Counted from the first letter of the stretch, positions 9,779 through 19,362 are shown. The stretch is DNA of 64,000 nucleotides from an uncultured Gammaproteobacteria bacterium (GCA_963705405.1 CAVPJJ010000003.1:96760-160759); one strand, 5' to 3'. Notes: a model not told the origin generated them from the letters alone. Program-made: numbers and translations.

Positions 9779-10460
9779 TGACGCGCGCGCCATCAGACAA
9801 CAGGAACAGCACCGCCTGGGCGATATCGTCGGGCTCGGCGAGCGCCGCCAGCGCGGCTTCGCGGCCGGCCTGGGCGATGACTTCGGCGGGCAGGTTGCGT
9901 GCCATGGCCGTCATCACCATGCCAGGCGCCACTGCGTTGACCGTGACGCCGGCGCGGCCGAACTCCCGCGCCGCCGTCTTCGTCAGCCCGATCAGGCCCG
10001 CTTTGGAGGCTGCGTAATTTCCCTGCCCGAACTTGCCTCGCAGGCCGTTGATGGAGGTGATGTTGACGATGCGGCCGAAGCCCAGGGCCGCCATCCGCGG
10101 CCCGATCGCGCGGATCATGTGAAAGGCGCCGGTCAGGTTGACGGACAGCACGCTCGACCATTCGGCGTCGGACATCTTGGCGAGCGTCCGGTCGCGCGTG
10201 ATACCGGCATTGTTGACGAGCAGGGTGGGCGTACGCGGTAGCGCCGCGACCGCCGCCTCGACGATCGCTGAATCGCTGGCGTCGACCTGGCGGTACTCGA
10301 AGCGCGAATGCCCGGGTGCTTCAATGTCGAAGGCGTACACGATGGCGCCGGCCGCCACCAGCGCGTCCGCAATCGACCCGCCGATGCCGCGCGCGGCGCC
10401 GGTCACGACCGCGAGATGGCCGTGGAAATCATGGTGTACGGGGCAGCGTATCGTTGACAA
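9735..10460 (-). CDS. Short-chain dehydrogenase/reductase (FabG / acetoacetyl-CoA reductase-like).
   Basis: It has the VVTGAARGIGG cofactor motif, NAG, and the catalytic YAASKAG (YxxxK). It is 241 aa with a TTG start. Confidence 0.85.
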   Translation of the reverse strand: MSTIRCPVHHDFHGHLAVVTGAARGIGGSIADALVAAGAIVYAFDIEAPGHSRFEYRQVDASDSAIVEAAVAALPRTPTLLVNNAGITRDRTLAKMSDAEWSSVLSVNLTGAFHMIRAIGPRMAALGFGRIVNITSINGLRGKFGQGNYAASKAGLIGLTKTAAREFGRAGVTVNAVAPGMVMTAMARNLPAEVIAQAGREAALAALAEPDDIAQAVLFLLSDGARVITGEILRVDAGQYI

Positions 10461-10472
10461 GCGCGTTAAAAT

Positions 10473-10496
10473 GGTAATATGGTACTATTATAGTAC
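10473..10496. promoter_or_regulatory. AT-rich candidate operator GGTAATATGGTACTATTATAGTAC containing the 15-bp palindrome GTACTAT-T-ATAGTAC (10482..10496).
   Basis: It lies in the divergent intergenic region between the SDR start (10460) and the hemerythrin gene. The inverted repeat was read directly from the sequence. It is related to the motif at 4256..4279. Confidence 0.45.
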
Positions 10497-10508
10497 TTTT
10501 GAGCCAGG

Positions 10509-11042
10509 GTGACGTCAAGACGTGGCCCGGGAGCGCTACCAGCAATGTTTTCAAGCCGCGTCTGCCAGACTCTGCATGACGAACACCTCGCGACCATCCG
10601 GCTGCTCGAGCGTCTCAGCGCGCTGCTCGATCGGTGCCGTCAGGCACCGCCGGACGGGGCCGACGACCTGGTGGTCCAGCTGCTGCGGGACATCCCGCCC
10701 GCGCTGGAGTCGGAAGTCACGCGCCATTTCGATTTCGAGGAAGCGCATCTCTTCAGTTACCTCGCCGGAATCGGTGACGCCGCGATTGGTGCGCATCTGA
10801 CCGAGGAGCACGAGGCGATGCGGCCGCTCGGCCGGGAACTGGGCGCGCTCGCCCGCGCTGCAGCGGCCGGTGGATTCGACGCGCACAGCTGGCAGGCATT
10901 CCAGCGCGTCGCGGGCGAACTGTGCGATCGGTTGCTGGGCCACGTGCAGAAGGAAGAAATGATGTTGCTGCCGCTGCTCGAGGACAGTCTCGACCCGGCG
11001 GTCGATACTAGTCTGTACGAGGCCTATACCGTCAATGGCTGA
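10509..11042 (+). CDS. Hemerythrin HHE cation-binding domain protein. The ATG at 10545 is a likelier start than the GTG at 10509.
   Basis: It shows the repeated His/Glu pattern LHDEH, HFDFEE, HLTEEHE and HVQKEE characteristic of hemerythrin-like domains. Confidence 0.7.
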   Translation: MTSRRGPGALPAMFSSRVCQTLHDEHLATIRLLERLSALLDRCRQAPPDGADDLVVQLLRDIPPALESEVTRHFDFEEAHLFSYLAGIGDAAIGAHLTEEHEAMRPLGRELGALARAAAAGGFDAHSWQAFQRVAGELCDRLLGHVQKEEMMLLPLLEDSLDPAVDTSLYEAYTVNG

Positions 11043-11087
11043 GGCGGAGCGGCATCGACCCGGCCGCGAAAATTGAACCGAACTTAA

Positions 11088-11702
11088 TCACGCGCCAATG
11101 CGCATCTTTTCCGCCGCAATCCGGCCGGCAGCGAATGCCTGGCGGTTGGCGATGACGAGCGCGGGCTTGCGGACCGCGAAGCGCTCGATAACCAACGACT
11201 CGAGTTCCTCCGCCGGAAACGGCAGGAAGCCGGCCGCGGCGCCGAGCATGACCGTGTTGACCAGCCGCAGATCGTGGAGCGCGCGCGCAATCGCGCCAGC
11301 GTCGATCTCGTGCACGCATATCCCGGCGGCGCGTAACTCGGCGAGTGGATCGTCCGGATAGCGATATAGTCCGAGCGATACGACCGGTGGCGGCAGCCGC
11401 AGCACGTTGACGAGCGCGATGCCGCCACGCTTCAGGTAGGTCGCAGCGCGGAGCGCCTCCGCCAGTTCGAACGCAAGCAGCAGGTCGGCCGCGCCTGGAG
11501 TGATGACCGCGGACAGGACCTTCGCGCCGAAGCGCACCTGCGAAGTCACCACGCCGCCCCGCTGGGAGATGCCGGCGATCTCCGATTTCTTGCAGTCGAA
11601 TCCATGGGCAACCGCCGCCTGCGCAATCAGGTCCGCGGCGGTCATCACGCCCTGGCCCCCCACGCCGCACAGGAACACGTTGAGCGGCGCGGACGTCAGC
11701 AT
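11088..11702 (-). CDS. iorB: Indolepyruvate:ferredoxin oxidoreductase, beta subunit.
   Basis: MLTSAPLNVFLCGVGGQGVMTAADLIAQAA.. is the pyruvate/ketoisovalerate oxidoreductase gamma-type domain. The ATG at 11702 overlaps the iorA stop region. The longer track ORF (to 11987) would overlap iorA. Confidence 0.85.
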   Translation of the reverse strand: MLTSAPLNVFLCGVGGQGVMTAADLIAQAAVAHGFDCKKSEIAGISQRGGVVTSQVRFGAKVLSAVITPGAADLLLAFELAEALRAATYLKRGGIALVNVLRLPPPVVSLGLYRYPDDPLAELRAAGICVHEIDAGAIARALHDLRLVNTVMLGAAAGFLPFPAEELESLVIERFAVRKPALVIANRQAFAAGRIAAEKMRIGA

Positions 11703-13603
11703 CTGGCTCCCGCCGCCGCGTCGGCCGCGCCGCCGTCGGCGGGCGTGGTCGCGACGATCGCCTTCGGTCCGCAGGCCCGTGCGCACAGGCCGCAGCCGGT
11801 ACACGCGATGGAATCGATCACGGCGAACTGGAGCTCGGTGACCGCTCCCGAAGCCAGGGTCTTCTGCTCGGAGCGGCTGAGGTGAATCGCCGGGCAACCG
11901 ACGTTGAAGCAGTTGCTGCAACCGGTGCAGTCTTCGTCGACGACCTGGAAGGGCGGGCTGGCCTGGTAGAAGTCGGACAGTACGCAAGGCCGCTGTGCGA
12001 TCACGACTGATGGCTCGGCGAATTCCGTCTCCTCGCGCACGGTCCTTGCGAGCACTGGCAACTGGTAGGAGTCGACAACGCGGATCCGCTCGGCCCGCAC
12101 GCCGAGTGCCGCCACGAGCTGGGGGAAATCGACACGCGGGGCATCTTCACCATGCACCCCGCGACCCGAACCCGCATTGTCCTGACAGCCGGTCATGGCG
12201 GTCGTGCGGTTGTCAAGAATGATGACCGTTATGTTGCCGCGTTGATAAACGATGTTGAGCAATCCCTGCATGCCCATGTGCAGGAAGGTCGAGTCGCCGA
12301 TCACGGCGATGATCGCCTTGGAGCGGTCGGCATCGCCGCGGGCCTTGTCGAGCCCGAGTGCGATGCCCATCGATGAGCCCATCGCGACCACCGTGTCGAG
12401 CGCGTGCCATGGCGCCCCGGCGCCCAGCGCGTAGCAGCCAATGTCGCCGGAGATCAGGACTTTCTTCCGAAGCCTCGCCAGCACGTAGTAGATGCCCGAG
12501 TGCGGACAGGCGGCGCACAGCGTCGGCGGTCGCGGAAACGTGTTGCCAACCGGATAAGGCGGCAGGGACGGGGCTGGCTCTCCGAGCAATGGTGCCACCG
12601 CCAGCCTGAGGACCTCGGGCGTGAGTTCGCCGGTTCGCGGCAGCACGTCCTTGCCACGCGCCGCGATGCCGCCCGCCCGGATGGCCTGTTCGACAAACGG
12701 CTCGGTCTCTTCGACGACCAGCAGCTCGTCGATCCCGGCCGCGAAACGGCCGACGAGCCCGAGCGGCACCGGATAGCTCAGGCCGAGCTTCAGCACCGGC
12801 AAGTCGGGGAAGCATTCACGGACGTGCAGGTAGGCAGCTCCCGAGGTCACAATGCCGAGACGCCGGTCGGAACCGGGCGCGATGAAGTTCAGCGGCGTCG
12901 CTTCCGAGACCACCGCGAGCGCGCGCTCGCGTTCGGCCTGTGCCGGCAGCTGGCGCCGCGCGTTGATTGGGCTCAGGATCCAGCGCGCTGGATCGCGCTG
13001 GAAGCCCGCCGTATCCCGCTCGACCCTTGCGCCAACGATCACCGGCGCCTTGACGTGGCAGACACGTGTTGTGAGGCGGAGAATCACGGGCGTCGCGTGC
13101 GCCTGCGCCAATTCGAACGCGAACTTCGCCATCTCCAGCGCTTCCTGCGGGTCGGCGGGTTCGAGAACCGGCACGTGCGCGAAGCGCCCCCAGAAGCGCG
13201 AGTCCTGCTCGTTCTGCGACGACGACACGCCCACGTCATCGGCGATCGCGAGCACAAGCCCGCCCGAGATGCCTGCCACCGTGATCGTCATCAGCGCATC
13301 GCTCGCGACGTTCATGCCGACGTGCTTCATCGCGCACAGTGCACGTGCACCCGAGAGACTCGCGCCGATCGCGACTTCCAACGCGACCTTTTCGTTCACC
13401 GACCACTCGGTGTAGACGCCGGGAAACAGGCTGAGCGTCTCGAGGATTTCGGTCGACGGCGTGCCCGGATACGCGGCCGCGAGCCGCAGCCCCGCTTCCC
13501 ATGCGCCGCGCGCGATGGCTTCGTTCCCCGACAGCAGGACGCGCGCACCGGCATCCGCACGCGCAGGATGGCGAGCCTCGAGTGTCGGTTCGATCGCGGA
13601 CAT
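11696..13603 (-). CDS. iorA: Indolepyruvate:ferredoxin oxidoreductase, alpha subunit (TPP and 2x[4Fe-4S]).
   Basis: It starts MSAIEPTLEARHP..LLSGNEAIARGAWEAGL. It has the TPP motif GDSTFLHMG and C-terminal ferredoxin motifs CTGCSNCFNVGCP and CTGCGLCARACGP. It is 635 aa and intact. Confidence 0.9.
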   Translation of the reverse strand: MSAIEPTLEARHPARADAGARVLLSGNEAIARGAWEAGLRLAAAYPGTPSTEILETLSLFPGVYTEWSVNEKVALEVAIGASLSGARALCAMKHVGMNVASDALMTITVAGISGGLVLAIADDVGVSSSQNEQDSRFWGRFAHVPVLEPADPQEALEMAKFAFELAQAHATPVILRLTTRVCHVKAPVIVGARVERDTAGFQRDPARWILSPINARRQLPAQAERERALAVVSEATPLNFIAPGSDRRLGIVTSGAAYLHVRECFPDLPVLKLGLSYPVPLGLVGRFAAGIDELLVVEETEPFVEQAIRAGGIAARGKDVLPRTGELTPEVLRLAVAPLLGEPAPSLPPYPVGNTFPRPPTLCAACPHSGIYYVLARLRKKVLISGDIGCYALGAGAPWHALDTVVAMGSSMGIALGLDKARGDADRSKAIIAVIGDSTFLHMGMQGLLNIVYQRGNITVIILDNRTTAMTGCQDNAGSGRGVHGEDAPRVDFPQLVAALGVRAERIRVVDSYQLPVLARTVREETEFAEPSVVIAQRPCVLSDFYQASPPFQVVDEDCTGCSNCFNVGCPAIHLSRSEQKTLASGAVTELQFAVIDSIACTGCGLCARACGPKAIVATTPADGGAADAAAGARC

Positions 13604-13653
13604 GGTGCGGATCCTCGCCACCAAAGGCCTCAAGTCGTGGAGCGGAACAATTG

Positions 13654-13669
13654 TGGTATCATGATACCA
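13654..13669. promoter_or_regulatory. Perfect 16-bp palindrome TGGTATCATGATACCA, a candidate operator in the iorA / acyl-CoA synthetase divergent promoter region.
   Basis: Read directly from the sequence. The reverse complement is identical. It sits between the iorA start (13603) and the plus-strand gene start (13695/13713), in an AT-rich patch. Confidence 0.55.
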
Positions 13670-13694
13670 ATTCAGCCTGACCAATAATCGATCT

Positions 13695-15830
13695 TTGCGG
13701 GGAGCCCGTTTGATGGTGGGCGTTTCATCGTCTGAACCGGGCAACGCCCGTGCAGACACCTCGGCAGCGGCGATCTTCCGCCAGGCCCAGAGCGACGGGC
13801 GCCGCTCCCTGAATCCCGAGGAACTCCACGTGTTGCTCGCCGGCCTCGGCGTTGGCCTCGGCATGGGCGCTGCGTCGCCCGTGACGCAGCCTGCCGTCGA
13901 GCTGCGATTCCGCCTCGAGAACACGCGCGAATTCGGCCTGGTTATCAGCGCCGGACTCGGCGGCCTGGACGGAGCCCTTGCTGACCACAACCATGGCCAG
14001 GATTGCGCGTGCGTTCACGCCTCGACTGAGCTGACCGATGCGCAGGATTTCCTGCTGCGATTCCGGCGCACGCTGGCCTACCGGAAACTCGCTGCGACCT
14101 CGGGACGTGACGGAGCGTCCCCGCCCGATGCACAGCTTGAAGCCGTGTTCGTGCGTCTGCTGGACCTTGCACGTCGCCAGGCGGTGGGCCATCCGGGTAC
14201 CGAGCCGGTGCTGGAGGTTCTGGAACTCGATCCGGTGCAGGTCGCCGGCGCGGTGACGGCACAGGCGGCGCGCTGCGAGCTCGGCGCGCCGGTCGCCGGC
14301 CGCCTGCCACGCCCGATCCACAAGATCGACAAGCTCGTCCATCCGGCATCGATCGGGCTGATCGGTGTCTCGGCTACGGGCATGAACTTCGGCCGGATCA
14401 TCCTGCGTAACCTGATGGGCAGCGGGTATCCCAGGGAGCAACTCCGGGTCATCCGGCCCGGCGCGACCGAAGTCGACGGCGTGCAATGCGTTGCAGGCTT
14501 GCAGGCGCTCGACCGGAAGCTCGATCTGCTGATCGTCGCGGTCGCCGCCGATTCCGTTTACGGCATAGTCGACGAGATCATCGCGACCGACTCGGCGGAA
14601 GCCGTGATGCTGATCCCCGGCGGCCTCGGCGAGACGGCGGCGAGCCGGGAACCCGCCGCTCTGCTGGCGGCACGCATCAATGCCGCGCACCAGGGACATG
14701 ATGGCGGCCCGATATTCCTCGGCGCGAACTGTCTCGGCGTCGTCTCGCACCCCGGCTCGTACGACTCGTGGTTCATTCCCCTCGAGCGGCTGCCGAAGCC
14801 GAGCAAGAAGCCGGAGCGTAACTCCGTGCTGTTGAGCCAGAGCGGCGCGTTCATGATCACGCGCATCAGCCAGAACCCGTGGCTCGATCCGCGCTACATG
14901 CTGGCGGTCGGCAACCAGATCGACCTCACGCACGGCGACCTGATGGCATATTTTGCAGACCGGCCCGAGATCGAGACCATTGGCGTCTACATCGAAGGCT
15001 TCAGGGACCGTGACGGGCTCGACTTCGTGAAGGCAGTACGCCGCGCGGTCCGCAACGGCAAGCAGGTCGTCGTCTACAAGGCCGGCACGACCGCATCCGG
15101 CGCCGACGCGGTCATGGGCCACACGGCCTCGATTGCCGGCGACCCGGAGCTGTTCGATTCGATAGTGCGCCACGCAGGCGCAATCGTGGCGCCGGATTTC
15201 ACGGCCTTCGACGACCTGCTCTACCTGGCCGGCGCGCTGCATCGCAAGCGGATCGGCGGCCGGCGCCTCGGCGCCATCAGCGGTGCCGGGTTCGAGGCGG
15301 TCGGCATGGCCGATTCCCTCGAAATCGGCGCGTGCTCCATGGAGATGGGAAAGCTCGAGCCCGACACCGTCGGGCGCGTGCTGGAAATCCTGGTCGCGAG
15401 CCGGCTCGACGCGTTGGTGGAAGTGCGCAATCCGATCGACATCAATCCCGGCGCCGACGACGAGGCACACCTGCGGATCGTCGAGGCATTCCTGCAGGAT
15501 CCCAATGTCGATGCCGTGGTGGTCGGGCTGGACCCGACCGCGCCGGCAGTCCGGGCGCTCGCGCAGAGCGAACTTCGCCCGGGCTACGACATCGGCGATC
15601 CGAAGAGCACGGTCCAGCTGATGCCGCTACTCGTTGACCGCTACGACAAGCCGGTCGTCGGGATCGTCGATGCTGGGCAACTGTACGATGCGATGTCCGC
15701 GCGCCTGATGGATCGGGGCGTCTGCGTATTTCGCAACTGCGCGCGCGGCACCCGGGCGCTGGTGCGCTACGTGGACGCGCGTCTCCACGCGGAAGCGCTC
15801 ATGCAACATGGCTCACGCGCGCCGCAATGA
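13695..15830 (+). CDS. ADP-forming acyl-CoA synthetase family protein (CoA-binding and succinyl-CoA-synthetase-like flavodoxin domains). The ATG at 13713, which has a GGGGAG ribosome-binding site, is a likely start.
   Basis: It contains IGLIGVSATGMNFGRIILRNL (CoA-binding Rossmann), LLSQSGAF, and the VMGHTASIAG phosphohistidine-loop-like motif. It is 711 aa and intact. Confidence 0.75.
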   Translation: MRGARLMVGVSSSEPGNARADTSAAAIFRQAQSDGRRSLNPEELHVLLAGLGVGLGMGAASPVTQPAVELRFRLENTREFGLVISAGLGGLDGALADHNHGQDCACVHASTELTDAQDFLLRFRRTLAYRKLAATSGRDGASPPDAQLEAVFVRLLDLARRQAVGHPGTEPVLEVLELDPVQVAGAVTAQAARCELGAPVAGRLPRPIHKIDKLVHPASIGLIGVSATGMNFGRIILRNLMGSGYPREQLRVIRPGATEVDGVQCVAGLQALDRKLDLLIVAVAADSVYGIVDEIIATDSAEAVMLIPGGLGETAASREPAALLAARINAAHQGHDGGPIFLGANCLGVVSHPGSYDSWFIPLERLPKPSKKPERNSVLLSQSGAFMITRISQNPWLDPRYMLAVGNQIDLTHGDLMAYFADRPEIETIGVYIEGFRDRDGLDFVKAVRRAVRNGKQVVVYKAGTTASGADAVMGHTASIAGDPELFDSIVRHAGAIVAPDFTAFDDLLYLAGALHRKRIGGRRLGAISGAGFEAVGMADSLEIGACSMEMGKLEPDTVGRVLEILVASRLDALVEVRNPIDINPGADDEAHLRIVEAFLQDPNVDAVVVGLDPTAPAVRALAQSELRPGYDIGDPKSTVQLMPLLVDRYDKPVVGIVDAGQLYDAMSARLMDRGVCVFRNCARGTRALVRYVDARLHAEALMQHGSRAPQ

Positions 15831-15867
15831 ATCAGTTTTCGGTCTTTACCGCCAAGCGAGGTCAGCG

Positions 15868-16404
15868 ATGAATGAACCACTCCAGCCGGGACTGACGAGA
15901 ACCGAACGCGTCTCGATCGACCGCGATCGCACGATCAGCTTCCTGGGCGACGATTGCCGCGTCTATTCGACGCCGAAGCTGCTGTACGACATCGAGATCG
16001 CCTGCCGCAACCTGCTGCTTGCGCACGGTGAGCCCGGCCGGGATTCGGTCGGCACGCGCATCGAGCTGGATCACCTCGCCGCGACGCTGCTCGGCATGTG
16101 GGCGGAGATCACGGTCAAGCTGACCGCGATCAACGGCAATGCAGTCACCTTCGAATTCTCCGCGCGGGACGCGATTGAGGACATCGCGCGTGGCCGGCAC
16201 AATCGGTTCATCGTGAGCCCGGATAAGACCGCACAACGGCTGCGGGCGAAGCTCGCGAAGGCAAAGGAGCTCGAGGCCGCCAAGGTCCTGAGCGGGCGAA
16301 CCAGTCCGCGCAGCCATTTCGCCGACTTCCTTGCGCGACGCGACCAGCTGGCCGAGAATCCGGCGGCGCGGGCCTTGGAAGAACAGGCCGTTGCCCGAGA
16401 GTGA
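15868..16404 (+). CDS. Hotdog-fold thioesterase-like protein with a charged C-terminal tail.
   Basis: Starting from the ATG at 15868: MNEPLQPGLTRTERVSIDRDRTISFLGDDCRVYSTPKLLYDIEIACRNLL..VTFEFSARD resembles fluoroacetyl-CoA-thioesterase-type hotdog proteins. Confidence 0.55.
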   Translation: MNEPLQPGLTRTERVSIDRDRTISFLGDDCRVYSTPKLLYDIEIACRNLLLAHGEPGRDSVGTRIELDHLAATLLGMWAEITVKLTAINGNAVTFEFSARDAIEDIARGRHNRFIVSPDKTAQRLRAKLAKAKELEAAKVLSGRTSPRSHFADFLARRDQLAENPAARALEEQAVARE

Positions 16405-16410
16405 CTTCAC

Positions 16411-16800
16411 ATGAACCGACGTCGTGGCAGTAGTCCGCCGAGGACTTTCTTCGCGTTCACGCGGCGATATCCGCAGATCGGCGAGGCCTGGGAGCTCCTG
16501 GGCGAGGCCGGCAATGCCGGTCCGCTCGATCCGAAGATGACTCGCCTGGTGAAACTCGGCATCCACATCGCCACGCGTTCCGAGGGCGGCACCCACGCGG
16601 CGGTGCGCAAGGCGCTGCTGGCGGGAGCGCGCCCGGAGGAAATCTACCAGGTGGTGGCGCTGGCAGCGGGCGCCCTGGGCCTGCCGAATGCGGTCGCCGC
16701 CTTTACCTGGGTCGATGAGGAACTGAGGAAGGCCGGCAAGAAGCGCTCCAGGCGCGCGCGCGCCGCATCGCCGCACACGGCGAGCGATGCCCGCTCCTGA
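16411..16800 (+). CDS. Carboxymuconolactone decarboxylase (AhpD-like) family protein.
   Basis: LDPKMTRLVKLGIHIATRSEGGTHAAVRKALLAGARPEEIYQVVALAA is typical of the CMD domain. Confidence 0.7.
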   Translation: MNRRRGSSPPRTFFAFTRRYPQIGEAWELLGEAGNAGPLDPKMTRLVKLGIHIATRSEGGTHAAVRKALLAGARPEEIYQVVALAAGALGLPNAVAAFTWVDEELRKAGKKRSRRARAASPHTASDARS

Positions 16801-17627
16801 TCCGCAATTCGAAACCGGCCGGGCAGACTGATCTGCCGACCAGCGTCGAGGTCCGCGTACAGCGCTGGCGCGATGAGGGAACCGCGCGCGCGACCGATGT
16901 GGTGGCGGAGGAATTGCCGGTCGCGCTGCGCTACCAGGGCACTCCCTACGTCGTGATGCTGGCGACACCGGCCGACCTCGAGGATCTCGCGATTGGTTTT
17001 ACGGTGAGCGAAGCGATCGTCGCCTCACCTGATGAGATCCGTCACGTGCAGCAACAGGCGACGGGCGACGCGTTCGAGGTCCACATCGACATCGCGCCGC
17101 CACGCTTCGCGGAACTGCTGCAGCGCCAGCGCAATCTCACGGGCCGCACCGGTTGCGGCCTGTGCGGCGCCGAGACCGTCGAGGGAGCGATATCGCCGGC
17201 CGCCGCCGGTGCGTGCCGGACTCTCCGTTTCCCTGGCGGCATTGCACGCGGCGCTCCTGGAACTCGCCGCGCGCCAGCCCCTGAACGAGCGCACGGCAGC
17301 GTCCACGCCGCGGCCTGGGTGCTGCCGGATGAGGGCATCCGCATCGTGCGCGAGGATGTCGGGCGCCACAACGCGCTCGACAAGCTGATCGGCGCGCTGA
17401 TCCAAAGTAAGGCCGACATCGCAAGTGGCTACGTCATCATCACCAGTCGCGCGAGCTATGAGATGGTCCAGAAAGCGGCGACCGTAGGTGTGCCGTTGCT
17501 GGTCGCGATTTCTGCGCCGACGGGGCTTGCGGTCCGGCTGGCCGAGACCTGCGGGCTTACGCTCGTAGGCTTTGCCCGCCCTGGCCAGCACGTGGTCTAC
17601 TCACACCCGCACCGGCTGCAAGCCTGA
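16787..17627 (+). pseudogene. fdhD: Formate dehydrogenase accessory sulfurtransferase FdhD. As written, there are three frame breaks near 16825, 17195 and 17298, and the last two compensate.
   Basis: The ATG at 16787 overlaps the CMD gene end (MPAPDPQFETGRAD, then a stop). The sequence continues in the ORF 16899..17627 frame (DLPTSVEVRVQRWRDEG..EELPVALRYQGTPYVVMLATPADLEDLAIGF..GRTGCGLCG..). A roughly 100-nt patch reads correctly only in the frame of ORF 17032..17388 (LSVSLAALHAALLELAARQPLNERT). The conserved EDVGRHNALDKLIGA and SRASYEMVQKAA motifs are present. Confidence 0.75.
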
Positions 17628-17666
17628 GAATTATCATGGCACGAATGGGGGCGGCCCGGACCGAAG

Positions 17667-19348
17667 GTGCTGATGCTCCGTACCTACGAATATCCGAAAT
17701 ACGAGTATCGCCAGCCGCCCGAGCAGAAGAGCGGCAATACCGGGCGCTACCCGGTCGTGGTCGTCGGCGCTGGTCCGGTCGGCCTGGCCGCCGCCATTGA
17801 TCTTGCACAGTCCGGCGTGTCCGTCATCGTGCTCGACGACGATGACACGGTGTCGGTCGGCTCGCGCGGAGTCTGCTATGCGAAGCGCACGCTGGAAATC
17901 CTCGATCGCATCGGCGTGGGCGATGCCAGTGTCGCGAAGGGTGTGAGCTGGAATGTCGGCCGGACCTTCTTTCGCGAGGAAGAAGTCTATAACTTCAAGC
18001 TGCTGTCGCAGCCCGATCACAAGCGACCGGGCATGATCAACCTGCAGCAGTATTACCTCGAGGAGTACGAGGTCAGGCGCGCCCGCGAGCTGGCGAATCT
18101 GGACCTGCGCTTTCGTCAACAAGGTCACGTTGGCGACGCCGCGGGACGACGGCGCGGTCCTGCAGGTCGAGACGCCGGACGGCGGCTACACGCTGCAGGC
18201 CGACTGGTTGATCGTCGCCGACGGCGCGCGCAGCAATATCCGCTGCATGCTGGAACTGGAGGTCGAGGGCAAGGTCTTTACCGACCGTTTTCTGATCGCC
18301 GATGTCCTCATGAAGGCCGATTTCCCGACCGAGAGGCTGGTTCTGGTTCGATCCGCCATTCCATCCGGGCCAGTCCGTGCTGCTGCATCGCCAGGCCGAC
18401 AATGTGTGGCGCATCGATTTCCAGCTCGGCTGGCAGGCGGATCCCGAACAGGAGAGGAAGCCAGAGAAGGTCATTCCGCGGATCAAGGCGATGCTCGGCG
18501 CCGACCGCGAGTTCGAACTTGAATGGGTCAGCGTCTACACGTTTCAGTGCCGCCGCATGGCGGACTTCCGCCATGGTCGCGTGCTGTTCGCCGGCGATGC
18601 CGCGCACCAGGTATCGCCTTTTGGCGCGCGCGGCGCCAATTCCGGCATCCAGGATGCCGACAACCTGTGCTGGAAGCTGAAGCTCGTGATGGAGGGCCGG
18701 GCGCCGGATGCGCTACTCGATACCTACTCGGAAGAACGCGGCATCGCGGCCGACGAGAACATCCTGAATTCCAGCCGTTCGACCGACTTCATGACGCCGA
18801 AGTCAGCGACGTCGCTGACTTTCCGCAACGCCGTGCTGGGACTGGCCGGGGATCACGCCTTCGCGCGCGCACTGGTGAATTCGGGCCGTCTGTCGGTGCC
18901 GTCCTTCCTCACCGGGTCGCGCCTCAACACGCCGGACGTCGCCGCATTCGCCGGCGACATGGAGCCCGGTGCGCCGATGGACGATGCGCCGATCGAGGAG
19001 GATGGCAAGGTCGGCTGGCTGCTGGATCGCGTCGGCAACCGTTTCATGGCGCTGGTATTTGTCGACGACCCGGCAGCCGTCGGGCCGGCCCAGGCGCGCG
19101 CGATGGCTGCACTGGCCGACGCGCCAATCCCGGTTGAGGCCGTGCTCGTGTCACCAATGGGAGGCGCCGGTCCGCAGAAACTGCGAGTGTGGCGGGATCG
19201 CGTTGGCCGCTACGCCGAGCGTTACGACACCCGCACCGGCACGACCTACCTGGTTCGCCCCGACCAGCATGTTGCCGCGAGGTGGCGAGCGTTCGACGCG
19301 CAAGCTGTGCGGGCTTCGCTGGCGCGTGCGACCCGCAACACCGAATAG
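17667..19348 (+). pseudogene. FAD-dependent aromatic-ring monooxygenase (MhpA / PheA-TfdB family). As written, there are two frame breaks near 18120 and 18350.
   Basis: It has the VVVVGAGPVGLAAAIDL (GxGxxG) motif. It continues in ORF 18130..18522 (YTLQADWLIVADGARSNIR) and ORF 18377..19348 (VLFAGDAAHQVSPFGARGANSGIQDADNLCWKL). The total is about 560 codons. Confidence 0.8.
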
Positions 19349-19362
19349 TGAGGAGCAGCGAG

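Noticed and set aside
11703-11987. Upstream extensions of the iorB track ORF (to 11987) and the iorA track ORF (13604..13990).
   Set aside because: The extensions are low-complexity and overlap the neighbouring gene or the divergent promoter. Internal ATG codons give N-termini typical of the families.
13725-15470. A 581-aa minus-strand ORF antisense to the acyl-CoA synthetase gene. Similar long antisense ORFs occur at 4824..6722, 24805..26133, 36501..37931, 42469..44328 and 46049..47875.
   Set aside because: These are typical shadow ORFs of GC-rich DNA. Their translations are Arg/Ala/Gly/Pro-rich with no recognisable motifs. Each lies fully opposite a gene with clear family features.
17667-19348. 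The FAD monooxygenase as the missing QhpG.
   Set aside because: It is on the opposite strand and is separated from the qhp operon by an MFS gene. At about 560 aa it has MhpA/PheA-TfdB features and a DUF2783 partner. It therefore looks like a small-molecule aromatic hydroxylase. It cannot be excluded without a phylogeny.
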